Source: Betaproteobacteria bacterium
GTDB lineage: Bacteria; Pseudomonadota; Gammaproteobacteria; Burkholderiales; SG8-39
Reading direction: 5' to 3'
DNA: 41,106 bases
Assembly (NCBI GenBank): GCA_005888925.1
Contig: VBCP01000068.1
Span: forward strand, 1-41,106
Position numbers and translations under genes: made by a program. Shown here piece by piece: positions 40,727 to 41,106 of this stretch. Numbering within the stretch: position 1 is the first letter of the stretch; every line of letters begins with the position of its first letter. Under the pieces are notes generated by a model, which saw only the letters and a program-made list of their open reading frames with translations, did not search any database and had not been told where the DNA came from.

Positions 40727-41106
40727 CTAAGCCGGCTGATAGCGCGCGATGCGCTGGCGCGTCTCGCGCATGTCGTCGCCGCGCAGCTCCCGCAGCGCGT
40801 AGCCGACGAAGGCTGCGGTCACGTCCTTGCGCCAGTAGAGGTCGAGGTCGGCGTTGTCCATCGGCTTCGCCCGCGACGCAACCAGGCGCCCGGCTTCGGC
40901 GATCACCTCGTCCGTTAGTTGTTTGCCCTTGAGGAATTGGTTCGCCGAATCCACTAAAAAAGGCCGCGAGGCCACTGCACCGAGCGCGATGCGCGCATTG
41001 TCGTCGTGCATCGCGGCGGCGACGCCCAGCACCGGGAAGTCGAACGCGCCGCGGCGCCGCAGCTTCCAGTAGGTACTGGGCACGTTCTCGAACCGCACCT
41101 CGGTGA
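40727..41106 (-). CDS. FAD-binding subunit of a molybdopterin (xanthine/CO dehydrogenase family) enzyme, C-terminal part only (CoxM-like)
   Basis: The ORF is open to the window end: ...YWKLRRRGAFDFPVLGVAAAMHDDNARIALGAVASRPFLVDSANQFLKGKQL...DLDLYWRKDVTAAFVGYALREL. This matches the CO-dehydrogenase flavoprotein C-terminal domain. Confidence 0.7.
   Translation of the reverse strand, partial: TEVRFENVPSTYWKLRRRGAFDFPVLGVAAAMHDDNARIALGAVASRPFLVDSANQFLKGKQLTDEVIAEAGRLVASRAKPMDNADLDLYWRKDVTAAFVGYALRELRGDDMRETRQRIARYQPA

Noticed and set aside
1-41106. Search for tRNA, rRNA, CRISPR arrays, IS elements, transposases, integrases, phage or defence genes, and long nucleotide repeats
   Set aside because: None recognised by eye. 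Intergenic space is minimal, and the only repeats seen are the short operator-like repeats at 12515-12559 and the palindromes at 33720-33734. A computational repeat, tRNA or CRISPR scan was not possible here.

Overview
Gene-dense, high-GC chromosomal segment (about two-thirds G+C by eye) with almost no intergenic DNA. Many start and stop codons overlap. The content looks beta-proteobacterial, probably Burkholderiales-like, because of a swarm of orphan TctC/Bug-family periplasmic binding proteins; this taxonomic guess is low confidence. I call 38 CDS (two truncated by the window edges), 2 frameshifted pseudogenes and 1 gene stub. I found no rRNA, tRNA, CRISPR, IS element, integrase or phage gene. 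Content falls into five groups. (1) Catabolic modules: a divergent VOC dioxygenase-like gene next to a Rieske oxygenase, glutamine-synthetase-like ligase and TctC; and a fully overlapped MarR-EthD-cupin-HpaB-like-DUF2848-MAPEG operon facing an FAD monooxygenase, TctC and an 83-aa ORF. (2) Two very large c-di-GMP signalling genes; one is cut from its receiver-PAS N-terminal part by a single in-frame TAG inside a conserved linker. (3) A homocysteine-node cluster: cystathionine beta-synthase and gamma-lyase, divergent from an uncharacterised HTH plus methyltransferase-fold protein and an MTHFR-like protein. The same strand continues into an HExxH protein, an AlkZ/YcaQ-like glycosylase and a cupin. 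(4) Assorted enzymes and transporters: two AKRs, SDR, alpha/beta hydrolases, PHB-depolymerase-family esterase, M28 peptidase, DMT and AI-2E transporters, DUF1080 lipoprotein, LVIVD propeller, PuuE-like deacetylase and a CoxM-like fragment. (5) Decay signatures: two genes inactivated by roughly 40-nt internal deletions and one TctC signal-peptide stub. All functional calls come from reading the translated ORFs for family motifs; no database search was run. The many long R/A/G/P-rich ORFs antisense or out of frame to these genes are treated as high-GC artefacts.
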